DNA of 64,000 nucleotides from a candidate division FCPU426 bacterium (GTDB lineage Bacteria; Oederibacteriota; Muellerivitia; Muellerivitales; Muellerivitaceae). Each line of letters begins with the position of its first letter. The first letter of the stretch is position 1. Shown here piece after piece: positions 11,475-20,406 of this stretch. The notes below the pieces were generated by a model. It was given only the letters and a program-made list of their open reading frames with translations. It was not told the DNA's origin and searched no databases. Where the stretch lies: assembly GCA_963830915.1 (NCBI GenBank), contig CAWHOE010000006.1:32001-96000 (forward strand), given 5' to 3'. Made by a program: the position numbers and the translations under genes.

Positions 11475-14111
11475 TTACTTCTTCTGCTTGCCGCCCGCTT
11501 GGCACACAAAAAGCGTGGCGGAAAGCGGCTCCAGGGAATACTCAAAGAGGTCCTTGCGGATCTTCCCTTCCTTGATCTTCTGGATATCCGCCGTCTTGGC
11601 GTTGAACCCGTAGCTTGTATAGCTCTTATAGTTCTTCTGGCTCTGCAAGACGAACTTGCCGTGGATGGAGGCCGTCTGGCTCTTGTTCAACACGATCACC
11701 CACAGGGTGCCGGGCTTGGCGGGGTCGGTCGCGGCGTAGACGGAGCTCATGGCCACGTCCTCGGTGGAGGCCGAAACCGACGTCCCGCCGAAGGTGGCGT
11801 TCTTCCCGTCGTAATTGCGGTAGAGCTTGAAGGCCGCTTTGTTGAAGGGGTTCAGGTCGCCCCAGTAGCTGGCCAGGTACACGCCGTACTTCCCGAAGAT
11901 ACCCAGCACGTCCGCCTGGGCGATACCGCCGGAGATATTGTCCCCCGCGCCGTAATCGTACTCGGTGAAGGAAAGCTTTGTCCCGGGGTAGTCCTTGTCG
12001 ATCTTTTCCTGGACCCAAGGGATGAGGCGGATAGCCTTGCCCTTCGTGGACCACTTGGTGATCCAGCTCTGTTCCACATAGTCCGGGTCCCACAGACTGC
12101 GGGGCGCCTGGACACGGGCCTCGATGGAATCGGGCGTGGTGTCGCCTTCAGTCACGCGGATGCCGTTGCCCTGGGCTTCGGGGTACCAGTGAAGGTCCAG
12201 CACATGCACCAACCTCTGGCCGTCCTTCTTTTCCTGTTCCTGTAGCTTTTGCAGGTAATAGTCCAGGTAAGTCCCGTAGGTCTCGTTCATCTGTTTAAAG
12301 TCCGGCGATTCCTGAAGGCTGAGGAATTCCTGCCAGCCGTAACAGACCGCCCCGAAGATCATGGCCGAGGGGTCTATCTTGAGGATGGTCTTGGACAGTT
12401 TGACCGTCAGGTCCAATATCTCCGGGTAGGTGAGCTTATTGGGATGCAACCGGGGATGCTTGGAAGGCCAAAGGGCCGGCTCATTATCCAGGTCGTAGAA
12501 CTTGACCCCGCCTTGGGAGGCCGGCTTGTAGGTCTGGACCAGGAAATTGACGAACTCGTCGTCATAGACCACCGGGCTGTCCGGCTTGGGCGCCAGGGTA
12601 AAGGGAGCCTTTTTCTCGAATTCCAGCTTGGCCCAACGCTTGCTGGGGGCCGTCTCTTCCTTGGTGACTTCCTTATTCTTATCGGCGGCCACATAACCCG
12701 CCATCTGAACGGTGACGAGTGAATCCAACCCCGCCTTCTGGTTATCGTCCACGAAGTGGCGCACATAAGCGGCAGGCTGGTCGGCGTCGGTGTATTTGTT
12801 CTCCACGCAAAGCCAATCGTCGCTGTAGTTCTTCCAGTCGGTCCCGGCGTTGGAATAGTTGTTCGTCCAGTTGTAGCCGGTCATGCGGTTGCCGCCCAAG
12901 CGGCGGAAGGTGGCGTTCATGCCGGTGGGGTCCACCCGGTTCAGCCCGTAGATATAGGGGCTGATGGCGCCGTTGACCTTGTCGGGCATCACGACGAACT
13001 GGAGGTTCTTGGTTTCGGCTACGGTCGACGAGGCGGCAGACGCCACCTCGGTCCCGATCGGTCCGATCAGGATGACCGCCGCTCCCGTCATCTGGGGCGC
13101 CAGGTTCATGTGGGTGGTCTTGCTCAGGTCCATCATGTGGCCCGTGATAGCGTCCGGCGGGGTGTAATAGGGGTCCTTATGGAAACTGGCGATGGGCACG
13201 GTGACTTCCGACCAGTCGGCGGTGATCGCGGCTTTCGCGATGTACTGGACATGGTAGGCGTCCACCAAGGCGATGACCACATCACCCGGGACGGTGGACT
13301 TGGCGGTGAACTTCAAGGCGCTGACCTTCGACAGGTCGGCTGAGACGTTGTGCCAGATACCGCAGTAGTTCCCGTCGCCCTTGACGATGTTGGAGGTCAA
13401 CTGGATGGCTTTCTCGCCGGACTTTTGTCCCGCCGTGACAGCGTACTCGATCTTGGAACCGTTGGAATCGGCGTAGGTGCCGGTGTTCGTGCTGGGTATC
13501 ACCCCGGTCCAATCTTCCACCATGGAACCGGAGGCTGTACTGGCGGCGGCCGGCGCGGCGGCAGGAGCGTCGCCCGTCTCGATCTTCCCGATCTGGATGA
13601 CCGAGTCTCCCTGCATCTGGGGCGCGAAGTTCAGGCTGGTAGTCTTGCTCAGGTCCATGAGGTGGCCCGTGATGGCGTCCGGCGGGGTGTAGTAAGGGTC
13701 CTTATGGAAATAGGAAAGGGGTAGGTTCACTTCCGCCCAATCCTTGCCGACCTGCACCTTGGCGATGTACTGGACGTTGTAGGCGTCCTTCACGGCGAGC
13801 TGGATGTCGCCCGGGACGGTGGACTTGGCCATGAACTTCAGGGCCCCGGCCTTCGAAAGGTCGGCGGAGATGTTGTGCCAGATGCCGCAATAGGTCCCGT
13901 CGCCCTTGGCGACGGTGGAGGTCAATTGGATGGCCTTCTCGCCGTCCTTGGCTCCCGCCACGGCGGCGAATGCGATCTTGGAACCGCTGCTGTCCGCGTA
14001 GGTCCCGGTATTCGTGTTGGGCTGTACGTTCGTCCAATCCTCAACCACGCCGGCGAAAACCGCGGGGGCGAAGGATAGAAGGACCGCCAATAGGCAAAGG
14101 ATCTTCTTCAT
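11475..14111 (-). CDS. Glycoside hydrolase family 44 (endoglucanase/xyloglucanase-type) with two N-terminal CBM11-like modules
   Basis: Signal peptide and AAGGAG RBS; GH44 motifs RLGGNRMTGYNW..SNAGTDW, LDNEPALW..HP, DLHWYPE, FTEYDYG; duplicated ~155-aa beta-sandwich module. Confidence 0.9.
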   Translation of the reverse strand: MKKILCLLAVLLSFAPAVFAGVVEDWTNVQPNTNTGTYADSSGSKIAFAAVAGAKDGEKAIQLTSTVAKGDGTYCGIWHNISADLSKAGALKFMAKSTVPGDIQLAVKDAYNVQYIAKVQVGKDWAEVNLPLSYFHKDPYYTPPDAITGHLMDLSKTTSLNFAPQMQGDSVIQIGKIETGDAPAAAPAAASTASGSMVEDWTGVIPSTNTGTYADSNGSKIEYAVTAGQKSGEKAIQLTSNIVKGDGNYCGIWHNVSADLSKVSALKFTAKSTVPGDVVIALVDAYHVQYIAKAAITADWSEVTVPIASFHKDPYYTPPDAITGHMMDLSKTTHMNLAPQMTGAAVILIGPIGTEVASAASSTVAETKNLQFVVMPDKVNGAISPYIYGLNRVDPTGMNATFRRLGGNRMTGYNWTNNYSNAGTDWKNYSDDWLCVENKYTDADQPAAYVRHFVDDNQKAGLDSLVTVQMAGYVAADKNKEVTKEETAPSKRWAKLEFEKKAPFTLAPKPDSPVVYDDEFVNFLVQTYKPASQGGVKFYDLDNEPALWPSKHPRLHPNKLTYPEILDLTVKLSKTILKIDPSAMIFGAVCYGWQEFLSLQESPDFKQMNETYGTYLDYYLQKLQEQEKKDGQRLVHVLDLHWYPEAQGNGIRVTEGDTTPDSIEARVQAPRSLWDPDYVEQSWITKWSTKGKAIRLIPWVQEKIDKDYPGTKLSFTEYDYGAGDNISGGIAQADVLGIFGKYGVYLASYWGDLNPFNKAAFKLYRNYDGKNATFGGTSVSASTEDVAMSSVYAATDPAKPGTLWVIVLNKSQTASIHGKFVLQSQKNYKSYTSYGFNAKTADIQKIKEGKIRKDLFEYSLEPLSATLFVCQAGGKQKK

Positions 14112-14223
14112 AACTATTTCTCCTTGATATTGATGTTCCGGATGGGAATTTACGGACAGATCATCCCTGAGACTGCCGGGGCTCGGCTGAATATGATACT
14201 AGGTTTATAGTCAGAAAAATAAA

Positions 14224-14377
14224 TTTCACCACAGAGGCACATGCCGACTTTCAATAAAGCTTTTAAAGAGGTCGGTATAGTACCGATTTCATCAAATGTT
14301 TATAGCTAATCGGCACAGAGACACAGCTAATCATTCGGAAATTAAATACTCATTAAAAGCTGTGCCTCTGTGGTAAA
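14224..14377. repeat. Palindromic REP-like element interrupted by a 74-bp double-hairpin insert (14242-14315)
   Basis: Outer arms CCACAGAGGCACA and TGTGCCTCTGTGG; insert TGCCGA...TCGGCA flanked by CA on both sides. Confidence 0.8.
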
Positions 14378-14486
14378 GCCTGGATTTTTTATAAAGGTCT
14401 TATGAAAGCGTTTCCCTTGGGAGTCTTTTTCGACGTTCTAAATGGCTAACCTGCGCTCTTGAACGTGAAATGGTTTTTCGTAATTC

Positions 14487-16826
14487 TCAATACACCCCGT
14501 CATGGGTCAGTGTTTCCCATTCGATATTGAACTGGTTCGCCGTGGCGCCGCTGTTAGCCCGCAAAGTGGTCAGCCATTGGCTGGTATAGGGCATGGACAG
14601 ACCCAATCGGTTAACGTATTCGTTGTAGCCGATCTCGAAGGTGACCAATACTTGGCCTTGCGGGTTCCAGGTACCAGTACAAGTACCCTCCGCGCTGTTA
14701 TTGACGAACTGCTCGGCGAGCAATTCGGAGGCCGGTAATAAAGAGGTCTTGTAGTTCGTGTAGAGGGCGGCGGGGCTTCCCTGGTGGTAGTCGATCTCGG
14801 CGCATTCCACCGCCGCGTCCAGGGCGAACTGCACATGGTGACCGTTGTCGCGGCAGGTCTCCTGTTCCAACCCGGCGATCCATTCTTGCGGGTTATACCA
14901 GAAGGCGTCCGGGAAGGGCGTTCCGTTGCCCGTATCACCCGCGATGGCCGCTGGCTGGGCGTTGCTCGGGTCGTTGTTGGTGGCGCCGCTGATGGTGGGC
15001 CAGGCCGAACTGTAGAAGTAGGCCGGCATCCGGGCCTGGTACCGGGCGATGGCGCTGTTCCACTCGGTCTGGTCGTCGCAAAAGACCGCCATGGACATCA
15101 TGGCGTCGATCTGGGTCAGGTCGATGTTCCCGTTCCCGGTGCACATGTTGTTCAACACGGGATAGAAGGCGTTCTGGAACAAGGCCTTATAGGTGGTGGT
15201 GTTGGCGGTCGTCCAATTGGGGCTGGTCCTTAGGAGCTCGCAAGCGTTGGCGAAACAAACCCCGAACCACCCGCCGTCCAACTGGCATTGCCCCGAATAA
15301 CAGCCGCTGGATTGCAGGCCCTGCATGGTCGCGTAATTGCCCAGGACGTTCATCGCCTTGGTGTAGTAAGTGTTATTACCGGTCAGGTACCAGTAGAGCG
15401 CGCAAGCGTAACAAAGCGCCGAATCGGTTTGCATGTTCCCTTCCTGGGTGCAGGCGTTTTCCGTGATCCCGTTGAAGACGACTCCGGAGGAAGCCCCATT
15501 AGCCTGTCCCAAAAGGTTGTTCAGCTGTTGGGTCCAGGGCTGGGCATTAGCCGCGATCTTGCCCTTCACGAAGGTCAGCTCGGCGCAGGAGGACCAGGCC
15601 CCGGGATGGACGAAAACCGGTCCCTGGATGGCGCAGCCCGATCCGGTGGTGGCGGTGGGGGTAGCGGTTTTGGTGCTTGTGGACGTCGGTGTGCCGGTCG
15701 GGGTTCCGCTGGGAGTAAAGGTCCTGGTTGAAGTATTCGACGGGGTGCTGGATGCCGTACTGGTGAACGTTGGCGATGATGTAAAGGTATTGGTCAAAGT
15801 ATAGGACGGCGTATAAGTCATAGTGGGGGGATTGGGCGTATTGGTGAAGGTCGATGAGAACAGCGGCGTGTTGGTCGCTGTGGGAGGGACCGGCGTATCG
15901 GTGAAGGTTGAGGAGAATATCGGGGTGTTGGTTGAAGTCGAGGGCACCGGCGTATCCGTATAGGTCGAGGTGTTGGCTAGAGTGTTGGTCGCCGTGGGAG
16001 GCACAGGCGTATCGGTCGGGGTATTGGTAGGACCGGTGGGTGTGTTGGTCGAGGTAGCCGCTTCCATGGTCACTGTAGCGCCGACGACCGGCAATCCGGG
16101 GAACAGTAGGGTTTGGCCATTGGTTCCCGCCGCCGAGGTGATGCTGAAGCCATAGGTCCCGGGTGAGGCTACGGCCGTGAAATCCACCTGGGCTGTATAG
16201 GTGACAGCTCCTCCGCTCGCGGGAATGGCATCGTTGATATTGAAGATGGCCGAGGACCCGGAGAAGAACACGGTGCTTTCAGCTGTTCCATTCTTGAACA
16301 AGGTGGCCGAACTAAGGCCGGAGGCGGATGCCCCGCCCTCGGACAAGGTCAAGCTGGTCAAGGTCGCCGCCGTGGACCCTGGATTGGTCAAGACGATCTG
16401 CTCCACTGGAACGTTCGAGGCACCCTGGATCTGGGTCGTGTTACCCGGCGCTCCACTTCCCTGGGAAGTCCCGAAGGATTCTTGCGTCGGCGTGAAAGTG
16501 GTGGTCGCCGTAGGGGTAAAGGTCGAGGTGAACAAGGGCGTATTGGTGGCTGTGGGGGGTATGGGTGTCAGGGTGATGGTGTAGGTCCAGGTGAAGGAAG
16601 GGGTGTAAGTGGCCGTGGGCGGTACCGGTGTATAGGAGAAAGTCGAAGTGAACTGGGGAGTATTGGTGGACGTGGGAGGAACGGGGGTATCGGTGGGGGT
16701 ATAGAGTTTATCGGGAGCCATGGGCGAAACAGGGATCGTGATATTGCGACTGCAACCAGCTCCTATGCCCAGGATCAAAAGGGCCATCACGATTTTAGTT
16801 ATTTGGTACTGGTTCCGATTATCCAT
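14487..16826 (-). CDS. Lipoprotein with Thr-rich stalks, Ig-like domain and C-terminal alginate-lyase-family-like (alpha/alpha) domain
   Basis: GGAGG RBS before ATG 16826; lipobox GAG-C; FVHPG, NGN and QETCRD.GH motifs. The ORF track starts at 16868. Confidence 0.75.
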   Translation of the reverse strand: MDNRNQYQITKIVMALLILGIGAGCSRNITIPVSPMAPDKLYTPTDTPVPPTSTNTPQFTSTFSYTPVPPTATYTPSFTWTYTITLTPIPPTATNTPLFTSTFTPTATTTFTPTQESFGTSQGSGAPGNTTQIQGASNVPVEQIVLTNPGSTAATLTSLTLSEGGASASGLSSATLFKNGTAESTVFFSGSSAIFNINDAIPASGGAVTYTAQVDFTAVASPGTYGFSITSAAGTNGQTLLFPGLPVVGATVTMEAATSTNTPTGPTNTPTDTPVPPTATNTLANTSTYTDTPVPSTSTNTPIFSSTFTDTPVPPTATNTPLFSSTFTNTPNPPTMTYTPSYTLTNTFTSSPTFTSTASSTPSNTSTRTFTPSGTPTGTPTSTSTKTATPTATTGSGCAIQGPVFVHPGAWSSCAELTFVKGKIAANAQPWTQQLNNLLGQANGASSGVVFNGITENACTQEGNMQTDSALCYACALYWYLTGNNTYYTKAMNVLGNYATMQGLQSSGCYSGQCQLDGGWFGVCFANACELLRTSPNWTTANTTTYKALFQNAFYPVLNNMCTGNGNIDLTQIDAMMSMAVFCDDQTEWNSAIARYQARMPAYFYSSAWPTISGATNNDPSNAQPAAIAGDTGNGTPFPDAFWYNPQEWIAGLEQETCRDNGHHVQFALDAAVECAEIDYHQGSPAALYTNYKTSLLPASELLAEQFVNNSAEGTCTGTWNPQGQVLVTFEIGYNEYVNRLGLSMPYTSQWLTTLRANSGATANQFNIEWETLTHDGVY

Positions 16827-17032
16827 AAAAAAAATCCTCCGCGGTTTGTTATGAAGTAAGTGTACCAATTGGTTTTTGGGGCGATTTATTCCAGATAAAA
16901 AACGGGCTTATGATGATGAAAGGGCCGGAAGGGGGCAAAAGTCCTGGAAAAAGGGGCTCAATCTACCCTAAGGATGGGTTTCTCCCTGAAAATTCATCCT
17001 GTCCCGCCAACGGGCTAGCCTAAAATAGGGAC

Positions 17033-18823
17033 ATGGCCAGACCCAAACCATCCTTCGACCCCAAAACCCACATGAAAGCTTTCAGCGTCTTTCATGTCAT
17101 CTTCAATAGTTATCTGGGGCGCAAGTGTTATTACGTCTCATTGCCGGACTGGACCTGGACGGTCCTGTTCATCCGCAAGCAGAACACCCAGCAGTGGAAT
17201 TTCGAGGAATATTACGGCCGGACCGCCGAACGCCATTGCCAAAACCTGACCCAGGTCAAGCGCATGACCAAGGAAAAACGCTCCCTGGTCAGCCGTTTCG
17301 GGGATTCGGTGGAGTTCTATACGCCGGTCCTGGTCAGGGGCGTCATGAAGGGCTTCATCATTTCCGAGGGTATCCTGGAAAAATACCCGACCCCCGAGAG
17401 TTTCCGCCGCTATTGGAAAGGATTGACCAAGACCGAAGGGTCGGACTTGAACTCCGACTTCCTTTACTACGCCCGCACGGTCCTCAGTCAGCCCATCCTG
17501 GATAAGGAAGGCATCGCCGCTTATTCCCGCCTTCTGGAACTGGTGGCCCAGTGGATCATCGGACAGGACAGGGCCGGTGTGCTCGGGGAAGCCGAAGAAC
17601 TGCTCAACGGGGTTTTCTCCCGCCAGATCCCCCACCCCGACTGGGTGAATTGGATGGTCGGGACCGACAAGTTCTTCGCCAAACCAGACAAGGACCTTAC
17701 CCTTCAATCTTGGGTTCCCCATGAGATCGGCGTCAACCGCATGCCCAACACGGCGGTCGCCTTGATGCCCCAAAAACCCCTATTGCACGCCGGGGCCCTG
17801 GACATCCTTTGCCTGACCCGCCGGTTCCAGCACGAGTGTTTCCTGGCCGCCCGGGGAATGGAGGAATCCTACGCCAGCCCTCTGGGCGATTACGGCTGTG
17901 TCTTGCTGACCTCCCCCAAGCCTGGCCTGTCCGCCTTCCAGGCCAAGCTGGAGGTCCACGACAAGATCCACAAACTTTGCCGCGAGCTGGGCCAAAAACT
18001 CAACGTGAATATCCACGCCGGCATCGGTTCCCTGGTCCCGCCGGGAGGGAGCCTGCCCAAGTCCTACCGTGAGGCGGTCCTGGCGCTCCACAGCGCGGTG
18101 GAGGGCGGGAAAGAGATCGTGTCTTCCGACGAGCCTGGGTCCACCCTGGTCAACCCTTCCGAGTCCCAGATGCATACCCTCATCCGCCATCTTTCCGAGG
18201 CCCTGGCCCGGTCCTTCCCGGCCCAGCTGGCCCTGGCCCGGGACAACTTCATCCACAAACTGCTCCTGATGAGCTATGGCCCGGAAGTTTCCCGGGCTTA
18301 CCTTTTGGCGACCCTGCATCTGTTGACCGAACAATTCGAGCACCGCTCCGGATTGAACGCCGCTTCCACGGCGGCGTTATCTTCCGAACTGATGGGGCGT
18401 TTGGAGTCGGCCGTCACCCTTCCCGATCTGGTGGCCGCTTTCCGGGAATCGCTGGACGCCTTGCTTCGCTATCAGGACAGCCCCAAGGAAGCCACGGCGG
18501 TTTCAGGGATGGAGAACGTGGTGGCGGAGATCGCCAAGAACCCGGGACGACCCTGGCAGCTTGCCAAGCTTTCCAGCCAGATGGGCATGTCGGCCCCGAC
18601 CTTCTCCAAATGGTTCCAGAAGGTGGCCGGGCTTCCTTTCGGGCCCTATTTGATGAAGGTTCGTTTGGAAAAGGCGGACACGCTGTTGAGGGAAGAGAAC
18701 ATGACGCTGGAGCGCATCGCGCAGGAGTGCGGGTTCAGCTCGGCCAGTTCCTTCATCCAGATCTTCAAGCGGACCAAGGGCGTATCACCCAGGCAATACC
18801 ACCGCAAGACCGGGAAGGCTTGA
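17033..18823 (+). CDS. AraC-family transcriptional regulator with N-terminal PocR-like sensory region
   Basis: C-terminal double HTH (RLEKADTLL..IAQECGFSSASSF..FKRTKGVSPRQY); central GIGS..SYREA..AL segment; PocR call rests on the FYTPVLVRG segment and is weaker. Confidence 0.85.
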   Translation: MARPKPSFDPKTHMKAFSVFHVIFNSYLGRKCYYVSLPDWTWTVLFIRKQNTQQWNFEEYYGRTAERHCQNLTQVKRMTKEKRSLVSRFGDSVEFYTPVLVRGVMKGFIISEGILEKYPTPESFRRYWKGLTKTEGSDLNSDFLYYARTVLSQPILDKEGIAAYSRLLELVAQWIIGQDRAGVLGEAEELLNGVFSRQIPHPDWVNWMVGTDKFFAKPDKDLTLQSWVPHEIGVNRMPNTAVALMPQKPLLHAGALDILCLTRRFQHECFLAARGMEESYASPLGDYGCVLLTSPKPGLSAFQAKLEVHDKIHKLCRELGQKLNVNIHAGIGSLVPPGGSLPKSYREAVLALHSAVEGGKEIVSSDEPGSTLVNPSESQMHTLIRHLSEALARSFPAQLALARDNFIHKLLLMSYGPEVSRAYLLATLHLLTEQFEHRSGLNAASTAALSSELMGRLESAVTLPDLVAAFRESLDALLRYQDSPKEATAVSGMENVVAEIAKNPGRPWQLAKLSSQMGMSAPTFSKWFQKVAGLPFGPYLMKVRLEKADTLLREENMTLERIAQECGFSSASSFIQIFKRTKGVSPRQYHRKTGKA

Positions 18824-18846
18824 GGAACGGCCGATCCAAATCATTT

Positions 18847-19023
18847 TTGCCACAGATACATGGGATTCATGAGATTTTAAATCGTCATAATCTTAATTCT
18901 TTTCTTTGCCCATCCTGTGCATCCCATGCATGCCGACCTTCCATAAATATTTTAATGAGGTCGGTATGGTACCGATTTCAAACCCACTTTATTCCGATCG
19001 TTAATCGGCACATCTGTGGCTAA
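18847..19023. repeat. Palindromic element interrupted by an 80-bp double-hairpin insert (18931-19010)
   Basis: Outer arms GCCACAGATACATGGGAT and ATCCCATGCA|TCTGTGGC; insert homologous to 14242-14315 with CA flanks. Confidence 0.8.
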
Positions 19024-19070
19024 GAAATGGTTTAGGTTTTGTTGTCGCTGTTCCCCCTACATTTTCATGG

Positions 19071-19259
19071 CTATGACTGGCAGCGGATGAAATGCTCGAT
19101 GGAACGGTCGTAGGTCTTCTCGGCTTGGGGGCTGAAATAACAGGCCGGCAGTTCCCCGTTGCGCCGATGGTAAGTGACGCAATCGCAGCATTTCCCATGC
19201 TTCTCACAGGAATAGGTACAGTTACAGTTCTTCGAGTTGGCCGTCTTGGTGCATTCCAT
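19071..19259 (-). CDS. Small Cys-rich protein (DUF6485-like)
   Basis: [25 protein letters not shown]....ELPACYF pattern. Confidence 0.75.
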   Translation of the reverse strand: MECTKTANSKNCNCTYSCEKHGKCCDCVTYHRRNGELPACYFSPQAEKTYDRSIEHFIRCQS

Positions 19260-19276
19260 TGTCAGTCCTCCTTTTT

Positions 19277-19309
19277 AAAAAAGGCCGGGCTTTTGAAAAG
19301 CCCAGCCTT
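19277..19309 (-). terminator. Intrinsic terminator after the GH130 gene
   Basis: Minus strand GGCTGGGCTTTT-C-AAAAGCCCGGCC followed by T6. Confidence 0.7.
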
Positions 19310-19349
19310 ACATATCAACTGAAACCCTGCCAATCCTTCCCGATCAGGA

Positions 19350-20276
19350 TCAATAACTATTCTTTTTGATGAACTGAACGACCTCCCTAAAGTCGGCGTG
19401 CGCCAGCCCCACGCAAGTATCCGCGGCGCCGTAATAGATATCCAGTTTCATCGTCTTTTCGTCCAGCAGAGCCGCCGTGGGGAACACCACGTTGGGCACG
19501 AAACCCACGCATTCATAGGACTCGGTGGGGGCCATTAAATAACGCTTGGTGCGATATTTGACCTTCCAAGGCTCATTCAGGTCCAGGATCGCCCCGCCCA
19601 TGGAATAGACGAACCCATTGCAGGTCGTATGGACGCCATGGTAGAGGATCACCCATCCTTCCTTGGTTTCGATCGGGGTGGGCCCTGCCCCCACCTTGGT
19701 CATTTGCCATCCGTCGGTACGGCCGAACACGAATTGGTGATTCCCCCAATGGATCATGTCCGGGCTGGTGGCGTAGAAGATATCCCCAAAAGGCGTATGG
19801 CCGTTATCCGAGGGACGGTGCAGGAGGGCGTATTGGCCCTTGATCTTGCGGGGGAACAGGACCGCGTTTCGGTTGTAGGGCAGGAGAATGGTGGCCTTTT
19901 GGGTGAATTTCTTGAAATCCTTGGTTTCGGCCAAACCGATGGAGGGACCCGGCGTGGGGTAATAACACCAGGTGATGTAATAGGTATCCCCGATCTTGGT
20001 GATGCGGGGATCGTAACCCGTCCCACAAGGGATATCCTTGGGTACGGCGCCGGTGAGTTTCATCCTTTCCGGCTGGATATCCCAATGGATGGCGTCATCG
20101 CTGAAGCCCACATGTAGTTCCTGGAGCATTTCCTGGGTATCCACCCGGAACACCCCGGCGTAGGCCCCTTTGAATTTGACGATCGCGCTGTTCATGATGA
20201 CGTGGGCGTTGGGAACGGCCGCTGAGGTGATGATCGGATTCCCTTGGTACCGTTTGAATACTGTTTCGTTCGCCAT
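19350..20276 (-). CDS. GH130 glycoside phosphorylase, beta-1,4-mannooligosaccharide phosphorylase-like
   Basis: GNPII, YDPRIT, NRNAVLFPRKI, RPSDNGHTPFGDIF, YHGV..TCNGFVY, VPNVVFP, YYGAAD. Start set at ATG 20276 (GGGAGG RBS). Confidence 0.93.
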   Translation of the reverse strand: MANETVFKRYQGNPIITSAAVPNAHVIMNSAIVKFKGAYAGVFRVDTQEMLQELHVGFSDDAIHWDIQPERMKLTGAVPKDIPCGTGYDPRITKIGDTYYITWCYYPTPGPSIGLAETKDFKKFTQKATILLPYNRNAVLFPRKIKGQYALLHRPSDNGHTPFGDIFYATSPDMIHWGNHQFVFGRTDGWQMTKVGAGPTPIETKEGWVILYHGVHTTCNGFVYSMGGAILDLNEPWKVKYRTKRYLMAPTESYECVGFVPNVVFPTAALLDEKTMKLDIYYGAADTCVGLAHADFREVVQFIKKNSY

Positions 20277-20354
20277 GTAAACCCTCCCGAATTTATTTTT
20301 ATTACTCTGGAAATAAAGCGAGCTACCGGGGTTTCGACCCCTTTGTCCCCTTTT

Positions 20355-20388
20355 AAAAAAAAGGCCGGACTTTTTCAAAAGCCCGGCC
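20355..20388 (-). terminator. Intrinsic terminator after the solute-binding protein gene
   Basis: Minus strand GGCCGGGCTTTT..AAAAGTCCGGCC followed by T8. Confidence 0.75.
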
Positions 20389-20406
20389 GATCAGATGTTC
20401 AGATCT

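Noticed and set aside
14403..14416. TGAAAGCGTTTCCC as a cre/LacI-type site for GH44
   Set aside because: Single imperfect match, about 290 nt from the start, and unlike the local consensus.
20277..20378. N-terminal extension of GH130 in the ORF track
   Set aside because: Runs through a terminator; a good RBS precedes ATG 20276.
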